A stretch of DNA of 62,745 bases, filler included. It is 4 parts of 4 records of this genome, joined end to end, with 100 filler letters (N's around TTAATTAATTAA, not from the genome) between each part and the next. Parts side by side here need not be neighbours in the genome. Positions count along the whole stretch, not along the records: positions 23,527 to 43,622 come from SRR20825019_2766; 3 more parts are not named here. One strand, given 5' to 3'. The translations under genes were made by a program, and so were the position numbers. The notes beneath the pieces are model-generated. The model worked only from the letters and a program-made list of their open reading frames with translations. It was not told where the DNA came from and searched no databases. Below, piece by piece: positions 23,427-32,919 of the stretch (the stretch's first letter is position 1; each line of letters opens with the position of its first letter).

Positions 23427-23526
23427 NNNNNNNNNNNNNNNNNNNNNNNNNNNNNNNNNNNNNNNNNNNNTTAATTAATTAANNNNNNNNNNNNNNNNNN
23501 NNNNNNNNNNNNNNNNNNNNNNNNNN
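23427..23526. other. Artificial contig linker (N44-TTAATTAATTAA-N44)
   Basis: 100-nt N run with a central TTAATTAATTAA (stops in all six frames); gene content and codon style change across it. Confidence 0.98.
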
Positions 23527-23527
23527 C

Positions 23528-23803
23528 ACCCAGTCCCAGATTATCGATCTGCTGCGCGATATCCAGCGACGCCGGCAATTGAGCTATCTGTTCATCAGCC
23601 ACGACCTGCGCGTGGTCAAAGCGCTGGCACATCGGCTGATCGTCATGCGCAATGGGCAGGTCGTCGAACAGGGGGAGGCCGCCGCGATCTTCGCGGACCC
23701 GCAGCAAGCCTATACCCGCCAATTGCTCGCCGCCGCCTTCGATCTCGCCGCGCCGCCAAATGTGACGGATGATCGATTGCCGCCGCCCCCTACAAGCGAA
23801 TAA
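23528..23803 (+). CDS. C-terminal fragment of a peptide ABC transporter ATP-binding protein (YejF-like)
   Basis: TQSQIIDLLRDIQ...SYLFISHDLRVV (H-loop)...PQQAYTRQLL; truncated by the contig start. Confidence 0.8.
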   Translation, partial: TQSQIIDLLRDIQRRRQLSYLFISHDLRVVKALAHRLIVMRNGQVVEQGEAAAIFADPQQAYTRQLLAAAFDLAAPPNVTDDRLPPPPTSE

Positions 23804-23837
23804 CCTGTTGATCGACCGTCCCAATCGGAGCCACGCC

Positions 23838-25706
23838 ATGACGCTGCCCTTCAAGCTCTCCTCGCTCCTCGCCATCGGCCTTGTTGCCACCGGCCTCAAC
23901 TCGGTGGCCCAGGCGCAAACCCCGACCGACACCTGGGTCAATTCCTTCACCCTCGAAGGCGAAGCGAAATACGGGCTCGACTACCCCCATTTCGACTATG
24001 TCAATGTCGACGCACCCAAGGGTGGCATCGTGCGAATGGGCGATCTGGGCGGGTTTGACACCTTCAACCCCATCCTGCCAAAGGGCGAAGTGGCAGGCGG
24101 CATCGGGCTGCTCTACGAAACGCTGATGACCCCGTCGCTGGACGAGAACAACACCTATTACGTGCATCTGGCAGAGGCGCTGAAGATCGCCCCGGATTAT
24201 GGTGCCGTGACCTTCCGCATGGATGCCGACGCCAAATGGCACGATGGCGAACCGGTGACCGCCGAGGATGTGGTCTGGACCTTCGAAAAGCTGATCGAGG
24301 TCAATCCGGACCGCGCGCAATACTATGCCAATATCACCTCGGCCGAAGTCACCGCGCCCGGCGAAGTCACCTTCACTTTCAACCAGACCGACAATCGTGA
24401 ATTGCCGCTGATCCTGGGGCAATTGCTGGTGCTGCCGCAGCACTGGTGGGAAGGCACCAATGCCGAGGGCGAGACCCGCTCGATCAGCGATTCCACGCTC
24501 GAACCGCCGCTCGGCTCAGGCCCTTATCGCCTCGCCAGCTTCGATGCCGGCCGCTCCATCACCTATGAGCGGGTCGAGGACTATTGGGGCACCGACCACC
24601 CCACCCAAATCGGCCAGAACAATTTCGACGAATACCGCATCGAATATTTCCTCGATCTGACGGTCATGTTCGAGGCCTTCAAGGGCGACCAGTTCGACTG
24701 GTGGAGCGAGAACCAGGCCCGCCGCTGGGCGACCGCCTATGACTTTCCCGCCGTCGAGGATGGGCGCGTTATCAAGGAGCTGTTCCCCCAGGACTATGCC
24801 GGCTCGGGCGTCCTTGTCGGCTTCATCATGAATCTGCGCCGCGACAAGTTCGCCGACCCGCTGGTGCGAGAGGCCCTCAACTATGCCTTCGATTTCGAGG
24901 AACTGAGCAACACCCTGTTCTACGGCCAGTATGATCGCATCGACAGCTTCTTCTTCGGCTTGCCGTTCAAGTCCTCCGGCCTGCCCGAGGGCGAGGAGCT
25001 GGAAATCCTCGAAAGCGTGCGTGACCAGATCCCGGCCAAGGTGTTCACCACGCCCTATACCAACCCGGTCAGCGGCGATCCGACCAAGCTGCGTGAAAAC
25101 CTGCGCACGGCGCTGAACCTGTTCACCGAAGCAGGCTACACGCTCGAGGGCACGCAGATGCTTGACCCCAACGGCCAGCCCTTCACCTTCGAAATCCTGC
25201 TCAACGGCCCAACCATCGAGCCGGTGGCACAGAACCTGGTGACCAATCTGGCCCAAATCGGCATCACCGCCAGCATCCGGACCGTCGACAGCCCGCAATT
25301 CATCAATCGGGCCCGCAGCTTCGACTATGACATGATCTATTCGGGCTGGGCCCAATCCTACTCGCCGGGCAATGAGCAGCGCTTCTTCTTCGGCTCGTCC
25401 ACCGCCGACCAGGAAGGCGCTCAGAACTACGCCGGCGTAGCCGATCCTGCGGTCGATGCGCTGATCGAAAAGCTCATCGTGGCCGATGACCGCGAGACCC
25501 AGGAGGCCGTCACCAAGGCGCTGGACCGCGTGCTGCTCAACAAGCACTTCGTCATCCCCAGCTATACGCTGCGCACCACGCGCTCAGCTCGCTGGGACCG
25601 CTTCAGCCGCCCCGAGGAACTACCCGAGTTCTCCTCAGGCTTTCCCACGCTGTGGTGGTGGGATGAGGAAAAGGCCGCCCGGACCGGCGGCGTGACGGCG
25701 CAATAG
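23838..25706 (+). CDS. yejA: YejA-like family 5 extracellular solute-binding protein
   Basis: Signal peptide, KY..DYPHFDYVNVDAPKGG, PPLGSGPY and a C-terminal WWWDE. Confidence 0.85.
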   Translation: MTLPFKLSSLLAIGLVATGLNSVAQAQTPTDTWVNSFTLEGEAKYGLDYPHFDYVNVDAPKGGIVRMGDLGGFDTFNPILPKGEVAGGIGLLYETLMTPSLDENNTYYVHLAEALKIAPDYGAVTFRMDADAKWHDGEPVTAEDVVWTFEKLIEVNPDRAQYYANITSAEVTAPGEVTFTFNQTDNRELPLILGQLLVLPQHWWEGTNAEGETRSISDSTLEPPLGSGPYRLASFDAGRSITYERVEDYWGTDHPTQIGQNNFDEYRIEYFLDLTVMFEAFKGDQFDWWSENQARRWATAYDFPAVEDGRVIKELFPQDYAGSGVLVGFIMNLRRDKFADPLVREALNYAFDFEELSNTLFYGQYDRIDSFFFGLPFKSSGLPEGEELEILESVRDQIPAKVFTTPYTNPVSGDPTKLRENLRTALNLFTEAGYTLEGTQMLDPNGQPFTFEILLNGPTIEPVAQNLVTNLAQIGITASIRTVDSPQFINRARSFDYDMIYSGWAQSYSPGNEQRFFFGSSTADQEGAQNYAGVADPAVDALIEKLIVADDRETQEAVTKALDRVLLNKHFVIPSYTLRTTRSARWDRFSRPEELPEFSSGFPTLWWWDEEKAARTGGVTAQ

Positions 25707-25708
25707 GC

Positions 25709-25735
25709 AAGGGGCGGCTCGATGGCCGCCCTTTT
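25709..25735. terminator. Bidirectional intrinsic terminator between convergent genes
   Basis: GGGCGGC-TCGATG-GCCGCCC followed by TTTT. Confidence 0.7.
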
Positions 25736-26343
25736 CATTTGGACTTGCGCGCCACCAGATCGACCAGAGCCGACAGTCCGCTATGCCGATTGCCTTCGGC
25801 CAGCGCGGCGTCATAGCTGCGCAATTCGATGATATCGAGCGCGGAGAACCGATCGGCTAGCAGCTCTTCGGTATAAAGCTGATCGAGAATACCTGGCCCA
25901 CCGGTCCTGTATTGCATTTGCCCGGGGCCATACCCCTCGACCAGCAGCAGGCCGCCGGGTGCCAGCGTCCGGATCATGCCCGCAAAGATGGCATCGCGCA
26001 TGGCCGGTGGCGCAAACTGGAAAAAGATGCCCACAACGACGTCGAACCGGCCCTCCGGCCAGGCATAGCCTGCGATGTCGGCCAATTCCGCGGTGAGGGT
26101 CACGCCACGCTTTTCGGCAAGGCGTCGCGCCTTTTCAAGACCGACAGGCGACGCATCGATCGAGGTCACCGCCAGGCCCTGTTCTGCCAGCCAGACGCCG
26201 TTGCGGCCCTCGCCATCGGCGACGGCCAGCGCATTGCTGTAACCAGCCAGCCGCTCGCGCTGCGACGCCAGAAAGGCATTGGGCGCCTCGCCGAATATAT
26301 ACTCGTCCGTATCGTAGCGTTCGTCCCAGAAGCTCACGGCCAT
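25735..26343 (-). CDS. Class I SAM-dependent methyltransferase
   Basis: FWDERY, ALAVADGEGRN (motif I) and LAPGGLLLVEGY; co-oriented just downstream of tamB. Confidence 0.85.
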   Translation of the reverse strand: MAVSFWDERYDTDEYIFGEAPNAFLASQRERLAGYSNALAVADGEGRNGVWLAEQGLAVTSIDASPVGLEKARRLAEKRGVTLTAELADIAGYAWPEGRFDVVVGIFFQFAPPAMRDAIFAGMIRTLAPGGLLLVEGYGPGQMQYRTGGPGILDQLYTEELLADRFSALDIIELRSYDAALAEGNRHSGLSALVDLVARKSK

Positions 26344-26349
26344 CGGCGC

Positions 26350-29300
26350 TCAATAGTCCTTTTCGAAGAACACGCCGACGCTGGAATTGCCGTCCTGACC
26401 GGCCGAACCCTGGACAGTCAGGTCTTCGGTCACGTCGAGATTGATCGTCACCTTGGATTGGCCATTCGCGCCAACTGTCGCGCCGAGATAGACATTGTCC
26501 TGGATATAGGTGCCGGCCTGCACCCCGACATTGCCATCGTCATCGGTGACCACGTCGAGATCGGCAAGGCCCGCAGCGCCACGCAGACTTTCGACCAGCC
26601 CGCCGCCACCACCGCCGCCAACCAGTTCGGCCGCCGCCGCCGCCAGTTGCGCCAACTGGATCGGCGAAAGTTCGCCCATGGAGCGGTTGAAGATCAGCCG
26701 GCTCAGCACCTCGTCCTGTGGCAGGGTCGGGTTGGACCTGAAACTGATATCGGGTGCCGAGGCGCGACCGGACAGAGTCACGAAGACCGTGATGCCATCG
26801 CCCTCGGTGCGCGCCACGAAATTAAGCTGCGGGTCGAGATCGCCCACCAGGGTCACCGTGCCGGTTTCGAAGATGACCCGCTGCCCAAGAATGGACAGCC
26901 GGCCGCGCAGCAGGTTAAAGGCGCCGACAGGCTGGACGTTGCTGATCGAGCCGGTCAGGCGTACCGAACCGCCGACTTCCGCATCAAGACCGCGACCGCG
27001 GATGAAAATCTGGTTGGGTGCGTTGACATTGATATCAAGCTGCAATTGCGGCCCGCCACTGCCTGCCGCGACACCCGTGCGCTCATTGATCCGGGCCCGA
27101 TCCAACGTCTGCTGCACATCAGCAGGGGTGCGCCTGTGCTCGACATCGATCAGCAGGGCACCGCCGCCCAGGCCCTCAGGTACGGTGATATTGGCCTGCT
27201 CGATCAGCACATTGCCCGCCAGCAGCGGTGCGCCAGTCAGATCGCCGGTCAGGTTGAGACCACCGGACAGGGTTGCGACGAACAGATCGCCATCGGCATA
27301 GCGGGCCGAATTGATCTGCACCGCCAGATTGACCGGCAGAGCTGGCGTCAGGCCGACCGTGCCCGACGCAGACACGTTGCCACCGGTCGCCAGATTGGCC
27401 GTCAGGCTCTCGATATTGGCATTGGTGCCCGACAGCGCCACCCGCCCGGCAATGCCGGTAAGGCGCAGATTAAGCTCGGGATCGACATATTCGGCCCCAT
27501 TCGTGGAGGCGCTTCCGGTAAATTGCGGGCTGCTGAGACTGCCGCCCACCCGCGCGTCGAAATTGACCGTGCCGGAGACGCGCGCGCCACGATCGGCCAC
27601 GAAGCGATTGGCCAGCGACAGCGGCCCGGAGCCATTGAGCGCCACGGAAAGGCCATTGCCGGTCAGCGGCACCCGGCCGGACCCCGAAACGGCCAGCCCG
27701 CCGCTGCCATTGGCGCTGAGGCTATCGAGCGTCACCACCTCGTCAGCAAAGCTGCCCGAAGCGTTGAAGGTCAGCGGCGCAATGCCGAAAGGCGCGATGG
27801 CGCTGGCGCCGATACCGCCGCCCCGTGCCTCGAAGGACACCTGCGGATCGTCGGCCGGCCCTGACACCACGGCGCGGCCATTGAGCGTGCCGGACAGACC
27901 CAGATCGGGCGCCACGGCATTGGCAATTGAAAGCGGCAGCTCGGCAATATCGATCACCATGTCGAGCGCCTGCCCGGCTGTACCGGTCGCCGTGATGCTG
28001 CCCGAGCCGACATTAAAGCGCAGCGCGTCCAGCGAGACGCTTTCGCCCTGCACCATCAGCACCGCCGGATTGGCAAGGCGCGCCGCCAGGCTCCCCTGTT
28101 CCAGATTGGCGCGATCCAGCGCCAGGCGGTATCCGCCATCCACCGGGTTCAGCGCACCGGCGAGATCAAGATCGGTGCCGGTAGCAAGGCTCGCCTGCGC
28201 ATCAAAGCTCGTGGTGTCACCCGATTGTCTGGCGCGCGCACTCAGCGTGTCGACCACGACGCCGCCAGCGACGACATTGCCCGCCGTTGCGGTGCCATTG
28301 ACCACCGGAACCCCGAACAGGTCCGAAATGCCGGCGGTGATTTCGGCCCGACCCACAGAGATGTCGTTGATCCGCAGACCGGCGACACTGGCCGTCACGC
28401 CGGCCCCCTGTTCGCCATCCTGCGGGGTCAGTTCAATGGCGGCATTGACCGCGCCCGACGCATCGGCCAGCAGCAGTGCCGCGGCCAGCGAAACATCATT
28501 GGCGGCAACGTCCAGCCGTCCGTCGATAAGGCCGGTTTCCACCATGCGCGTCAGATCGCCGGAAATCCGCGTGCCGGCAATTTCAAAGGCAATATCGGTC
28601 AGTGCCTGCAGTTCTGCGTCGGTCTCGAAATGCGTATCCAGCGTAGCGCGATAGCCATCCAGCATAGCAACGCCCGTAACGTCGCCATTGATCGCGCCAT
28701 CAAGCAGGGTTGCGGCCACACCCAGCTTGGCATCGCGCAGGGTATAGTCGCCCAAGGTGCCGCTCGGCACCTGTCCGTCCAGCATCAACACCAGCGGCTC
28801 TTCAGGCGCCGTCAATCGTGCCGAGCCCCGCGCCGCCATCGCGCCGCTGGCCTCCTCGGAAATCAGCCCCAGATCGGTCAGATCGAGCGCGATGTTGAAA
28901 TCGGCGGCGTCACTGGCATAGACGCCATCGGCGCTGAACTGCACCTGATTATTGGCAATCAGGAAATCATCGGCCGAAATGCCCGCCTCGGTGCGCGCCA
29001 ACCGGCCCGACAGGTCGACCCGGCCTGCGAGCAGGGCATCGGCAGCCGGGTCATCAATCCGCAAATCCGTACCGGTCCCGTCGAACACCAGGTCGAACCC
29101 ACCCGTGAGCGGGAATATCTGTCCGTCCGCTGTCAGCTCAAGGCCGCCGGAAAGAGAGCGCCCGGCCAGCGCAGAAAATGGAGCAATGCTGTCCGTCGCC
29201 AGCCGGATCTGCCCGTCGAAATCGGTACCGTCGATCTCACCGGCCATGGCCGCAGTCAGCGCCTGACCCACCACCCGCAATTCGGCGAGCTCAATCGGTT

Positions 29301-30687
29301 CACCCGCATTCCACAGCCCGGCAATGCCCAACCCGACCGAAGTGCCCAGCGCCGCCTCGACGCCCGGATCGGCGGCGATGCCGGACAAGGCGCCGTCGCC
29401 ATTGAAGGTCACCATGCGACTGGCCGGATCTTCGAGATTGCGCGCAACCCCGCCTATGCCCAGACCGAAGGTCTGCGCATCAAAGCCGTCGGTCTCCAGC
29501 CCCTCGACATCGAGCCGCGCCTGCCACTGGTCACTGGCCTCGGTGCCGAAGGACACCCGAAGCTGTCCGCCCTGCACCAGGGTCGAGCTGCCGGGCACCG
29601 GCAGCGTCACCTTGTCCCCGTCGGGATCGGCAATGGTCGCCGTCAGGTCGAGCAGGCTGACAAAATTGTCTGCCGTGGTCTGGGCGCGGGCCGTCAACCC
29701 CAGCTGCCCGCCACTCAGCGTCAGATTGGAAATGTCGATGCCGCCGGCGCTCCTGACCAGTGCGCTGGTCGTCAGCCGGGTCTCGGCACCGAAAAAGTCG
29801 CGATAGGGTTGTGCCACCAGGGTCGAAAGCGGCCCGCCCAGATTGGCGTTGATAGCAAAGCCATCGGCCTGCTGCGCAATGGTGGCCGTACCGGCCAGGG
29901 CGGTCTGGTCATTGGCGAGCAATTGCATCTGCGTGGTGAGATCGGCAACCGGCCCCTCGCCGTCCAGCGTCAGCGTCATGGCCGGGCGATCCTGGATATT
30001 CAGCAGGTTCGCCAACACCCCATTGGGCGGCTCGACCAGCGACAGGCCCAGATCGATGGTGCTGCCCTCACGCCGATAGACCACATCAAGGTCCAGCGTA
30101 CCGCCCGGCCCATCGAGCCGCTCGATATCGAGCACCGCATCCAGATTGCCGCCTTCCAGCGTCATCGAGCCATTGAGCGCAATTTCCGACCCGAGCCCGA
30201 ACACGCCCTCCCCGAAGGTCACGCTGGGCACGGCCAGTTCGCCGATCTGGATGGCGACGGGAAACTCCGGAATGTCCAGCGCTCCGGCCTCGGGCGGCGG
30301 CAAGTCAACCGCGCCTTCGACCGGAATGGCATTGCGAATGTAGTCGATGGACTCGGCGCGCAGCGAATTGACCTCGAGCCGCCCGCCGAACAAGGCCGCC
30401 TGGTTCCAGTTGAGGCTGGCATTGTTGACGCGCAACCAGACCCCTTCGGCGTCGGAAATGGTGATCTCGCGGATCGAGACATCCGACCCCAGGATGCCGT
30501 CAATATTGGACAGGCGGATTTGCCGCTCCGGCGTCGAAAGCTGGCCTTCGACAAAGCCGGTCAGGAAGTCCTTCTGCTCCTCATTGTTCATGTCCTGCGC
30601 CACCAGCGCCACCGGCACGGCGGCCGGTGCCAGCAGCAGTGCAGCGATCATCAGACGGCGGCGGTTCGTTGCGGAAAGCTTGACCAT
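26350..30687 (-). CDS. tamB: Translocation/assembly module TamB
   Basis: 1445-aa beta-rich protein with an N-terminal anchor and a C-terminal DUF490-like region (FIRGRGLDAE, LPQDEVLSRLIF, GVFFEKDY); coupled to tamA. Confidence 0.9.
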   Translation of the reverse strand: MVKLSATNRRRLMIAALLLAPAAVPVALVAQDMNNEEQKDFLTGFVEGQLSTPERQIRLSNIDGILGSDVSIREITISDAEGVWLRVNNASLNWNQAALFGGRLEVNSLRAESIDYIRNAIPVEGAVDLPPPEAGALDIPEFPVAIQIGELAVPSVTFGEGVFGLGSEIALNGSMTLEGGNLDAVLDIERLDGPGGTLDLDVVYRREGSTIDLGLSLVEPPNGVLANLLNIQDRPAMTLTLDGEGPVADLTTQMQLLANDQTALAGTATIAQQADGFAINANLGGPLSTLVAQPYRDFFGAETRLTTSALVRSAGGIDISNLTLSGGQLGLTARAQTTADNFVSLLDLTATIADPDGDKVTLPVPGSSTLVQGGQLRVSFGTEASDQWQARLDVEGLETDGFDAQTFGLGIGGVARNLEDPASRMVTFNGDGALSGIAADPGVEAALGTSVGLGIAGLWNAGEPIELAELRVVGQALTAAMAGEIDGTDFDGQIRLATDSIAPFSALAGRSLSGGLELTADGQIFPLTGGFDLVFDGTGTDLRIDDPAADALLAGRVDLSGRLARTEAGISADDFLIANNQVQFSADGVYASDAADFNIALDLTDLGLISEEASGAMAARGSARLTAPEEPLVLMLDGQVPSGTLGDYTLRDAKLGVAATLLDGAINGDVTGVAMLDGYRATLDTHFETDAELQALTDIAFEIAGTRISGDLTRMVETGLIDGRLDVAANDVSLAAALLLADASGAVNAAIELTPQDGEQGAGVTASVAGLRINDISVGRAEITAGISDLFGVPVVNGTATAGNVVAGGVVVDTLSARARQSGDTTSFDAQASLATGTDLDLAGALNPVDGGYRLALDRANLEQGSLAARLANPAVLMVQGESVSLDALRFNVGSGSITATGTAGQALDMVIDIAELPLSIANAVAPDLGLSGTLNGRAVVSGPADDPQVSFEARGGGIGASAIAPFGIAPLTFNASGSFADEVVTLDSLSANGSGGLAVSGSGRVPLTGNGLSVALNGSGPLSLANRFVADRGARVSGTVNFDARVGGSLSSPQFTGSASTNGAEYVDPELNLRLTGIAGRVALSGTNANIESLTANLATGGNVSASGTVGLTPALPVNLAVQINSARYADGDLFVATLSGGLNLTGDLTGAPLLAGNVLIEQANITVPEGLGGGALLIDVEHRRTPADVQQTLDRARINERTGVAAGSGGPQLQLDINVNAPNQIFIRGRGLDAEVGGSVRLTGSISNVQPVGAFNLLRGRLSILGQRVIFETGTVTLVGDLDPQLNFVARTEGDGITVFVTLSGRASAPDISFRSNPTLPQDEVLSRLIFNRSMGELSPIQLAQLAAAAAELVGGGGGGGLVESLRGAAGLADLDVVTDDDGNVGVQAGTYIQDNVYLGATVGANGQSKVTINLDVTEDLTVQGSAGQDGNSSVGVFFEKDY

Positions 30688-32603
30688 CAGAACGCCTGCC
30701 CAATACCGGCATAGATCGCATAGTCCGGATCGCCCGCCTTGCGGTTCAGTGGCACGGCCACATCAAGCCGCAAGGGCCCCAGACCCGTGTAATAGCGCAG
30801 GCCAACACCGGCCCCAACCCGCAGGTCGTCAAGACCCGGGAAGGTGTCGGCCGCCACATAGCCGCCATCGACAAAGCCGACCACGCCAATATCGTCGGTC
30901 ACCTTGGCCCGCGCCTCGAGTGAGCCTTCGAGCAGATAGCGGCCACCGGTAATGTTCCCCATCCCGTCATCGACGCCGATGGACTTGAAGCCATAGCCGC
31001 GCACCGAGCCGCCGCCCCCGGCAAAGAACAGCTTGTCGGGCGGAATATCGACGAGTGCCGGGCCGACAACCGCACCGGCCTTGAGCCGCCCGGCCAGCAC
31101 GAAGGGATCATTCTCGCCAAAGCCGAAATAGGTGCGACCCTCGACGACGAGCCGCCCGCCCGGCGTGCCGCCCAAAAGATCGAAGAAGGGCTCGATATTG
31201 GCCGAGGCGTACCAGCCTTCGGTGGGATCAACGCTGCTGTCGCGGCCATCATAGACCAGGCCGGCATAGAGCCCCGCCGTCTGGAAGTCGCGGGTGCCGA
31301 AACTATCGTCAAACCGTGCGATTTCGAAACTGGCGCCGCCCTCGAAGGTCAGCTCATCGGAAAAGAACCAGCTCAGCCCGACTTTGCCGCCCGCCGAGGT
31401 TTCCGTGTATTTCGGATAGATGGTCCGCTCGGCCGAGACCGTGGCCACCAGATCCACATCGGGGTGATAGAAGCCCGGCTTGGTGAAGGTGCCACCGATA
31501 AAATAATCGAACTGGGCGGTGTCGAGCGGCCAGGCAATGCTGGCAACGCGCGCATCAAGCCGCAGCCGCTCGGCCTGCCCGAACAGATTGCGCCAAAGGT
31601 GGTATCCTTCGAGCCCCAGCCCGTCGACCGTCGAGAAGGTTGCGCCCAGGCCAAACCGGCGCCCGGGCAATTCTTCCACGATCAGGTCATAGGGCAGCAG
31701 GCCGTCACTACCGATGCTCTCAGCAGCTTCCAGGCGCGCCGCGCGGAACACTTCGAGCCGGTCGAGGCGCTTCTGCGCACGGTCCAGGTCGTCGGGGTCA
31801 TATTCCTGCCCCACGGCCAGGCCGGTCTGCTGAGCCACAAATTCTGGGTTCATATTGGTCGTACCGGTGACTCGCACCGGGCCGAAGGCCGCCAGGCGGC
31901 CCGGATTGACAGTGATCGTCGCCGCCACCGTATTGGTGGCATGGTCGGCAACCACATCGCGCGACACAATCTCGGCCTTGGCATAGCCCTGCTGCCGCCA
32001 GGCCTCCAGCGCCAATTGCTCGGCCCTCAGGATCACAGCCGAACGCGCCACCTGCCCCACGCCGAAGCCGCGCAACGCTGGCGGGTCGACCTGGTCATAG
32101 GGATCAAGCGTCGGCGCTGCCTGGTTGACGATCACCACATCGCCAAAGCGGAACAGCGGCCCGGCCGTCACCGCGATGGTGACATCGACCGGGTCCGGCA
32201 GGCTGGTATCGGGCGCCAGACTTGAGGCTTCGCGGCCGCCAATACGAATGCTGAGCGCGCCGCCATAATGGCCTTCGCCGTAAAGCGCGGCCAACAGGCG
32301 CCGATAATCACCCCGCGCCTTGGCGATCAGTCCGGCCGCGCCCGAAGCCGGCTCCGCCTCGTCGGCCAGCAATGCCGAGGCATTGCGCAGCGCCGCTTCA
32401 ACAGCCCCGCCCTCGCTGGAGGTGAAGGTCACGAAATAGGGTTGCGGATCGACGATCACCGCATCGGCATCGGTTTCCGACGGATCCTCGAAAAATGTGA
32501 AGCCAAAGAGCTCGAAACCCACAGCAGGCATCGCCGCCGTGGCCGACAGGGCCATGGCGATGCACAAGGCGCCAATACTCGTTACCAGACGCGCGCTTTG
32601 CAG
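30687..32603 (-). CDS. tamA: Autotransporter assembly factor TamA (Omp85 family)
   Basis: POTRA-like N-terminus, FFAGGGGSVRGY, GPLRLDVA and a terminal IGQAF. Start probably CTG 32603 or TTG 32567. Confidence 0.92.
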   Translation of the reverse strand: MQSARLVTSIGALCIAMALSATAAMPAVGFELFGFTFFEDPSETDADAVIVDPQPYFVTFTSSEGGAVEAALRNASALLADEAEPASGAAGLIAKARGDYRRLLAALYGEGHYGGALSIRIGGREASSLAPDTSLPDPVDVTIAVTAGPLFRFGDVVIVNQAAPTLDPYDQVDPPALRGFGVGQVARSAVILRAEQLALEAWRQQGYAKAEIVSRDVVADHATNTVAATITVNPGRLAAFGPVRVTGTTNMNPEFVAQQTGLAVGQEYDPDDLDRAQKRLDRLEVFRAARLEAAESIGSDGLLPYDLIVEELPGRRFGLGATFSTVDGLGLEGYHLWRNLFGQAERLRLDARVASIAWPLDTAQFDYFIGGTFTKPGFYHPDVDLVATVSAERTIYPKYTETSAGGKVGLSWFFSDELTFEGGASFEIARFDDSFGTRDFQTAGLYAGLVYDGRDSSVDPTEGWYASANIEPFFDLLGGTPGGRLVVEGRTYFGFGENDPFVLAGRLKAGAVVGPALVDIPPDKLFFAGGGGSVRGYGFKSIGVDDGMGNITGGRYLLEGSLEARAKVTDDIGVVGFVDGGYVAADTFPGLDDLRVGAGVGLRYYTGLGPLRLDVAVPLNRKAGDPDYAIYAGIGQAF

Positions 32604-32919
32604 TGGTCTATCCCGCCCTTTTACGCTTCAACCAAACCGGGCTGAAACCAAGATTGCCGCATGGACGGAAAGATTGCGTTAATCCTTCCCCGCCCTCTTC
32701 CGCCTCCGCCCAAAAGGCGAAGATTTCGTGGCGAGTTTAGGGCCAGCAGCGTCCAGCGAACAGCCTTTGCATTGAATTTGTTCGATTTTGATCGCCGGGG
32801 CGTGGCAATGGCGCAACGCTTCGAGCCGTACCGCAGGGCCAATCATGCCAGTGGCATGATTGGAGGTGAGAAGGCCAAGAGAGCTATGCTCGATTGGCTC
32901 GATATCGAGGTACCAAGCC

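Noticed and set aside
23471-23482. TTAATTAATTAA recurring three times, as a biological repeat or CtrA/CRISPR-like element
   Set aside because: Always centred in N runs; it is an assembly linker.
25912-30714. Long plus-strand ORFs of 650, 447 and 829 aa
   Set aside because: Antisense shadows of tamB in high-GC DNA; no domains and atypical composition.
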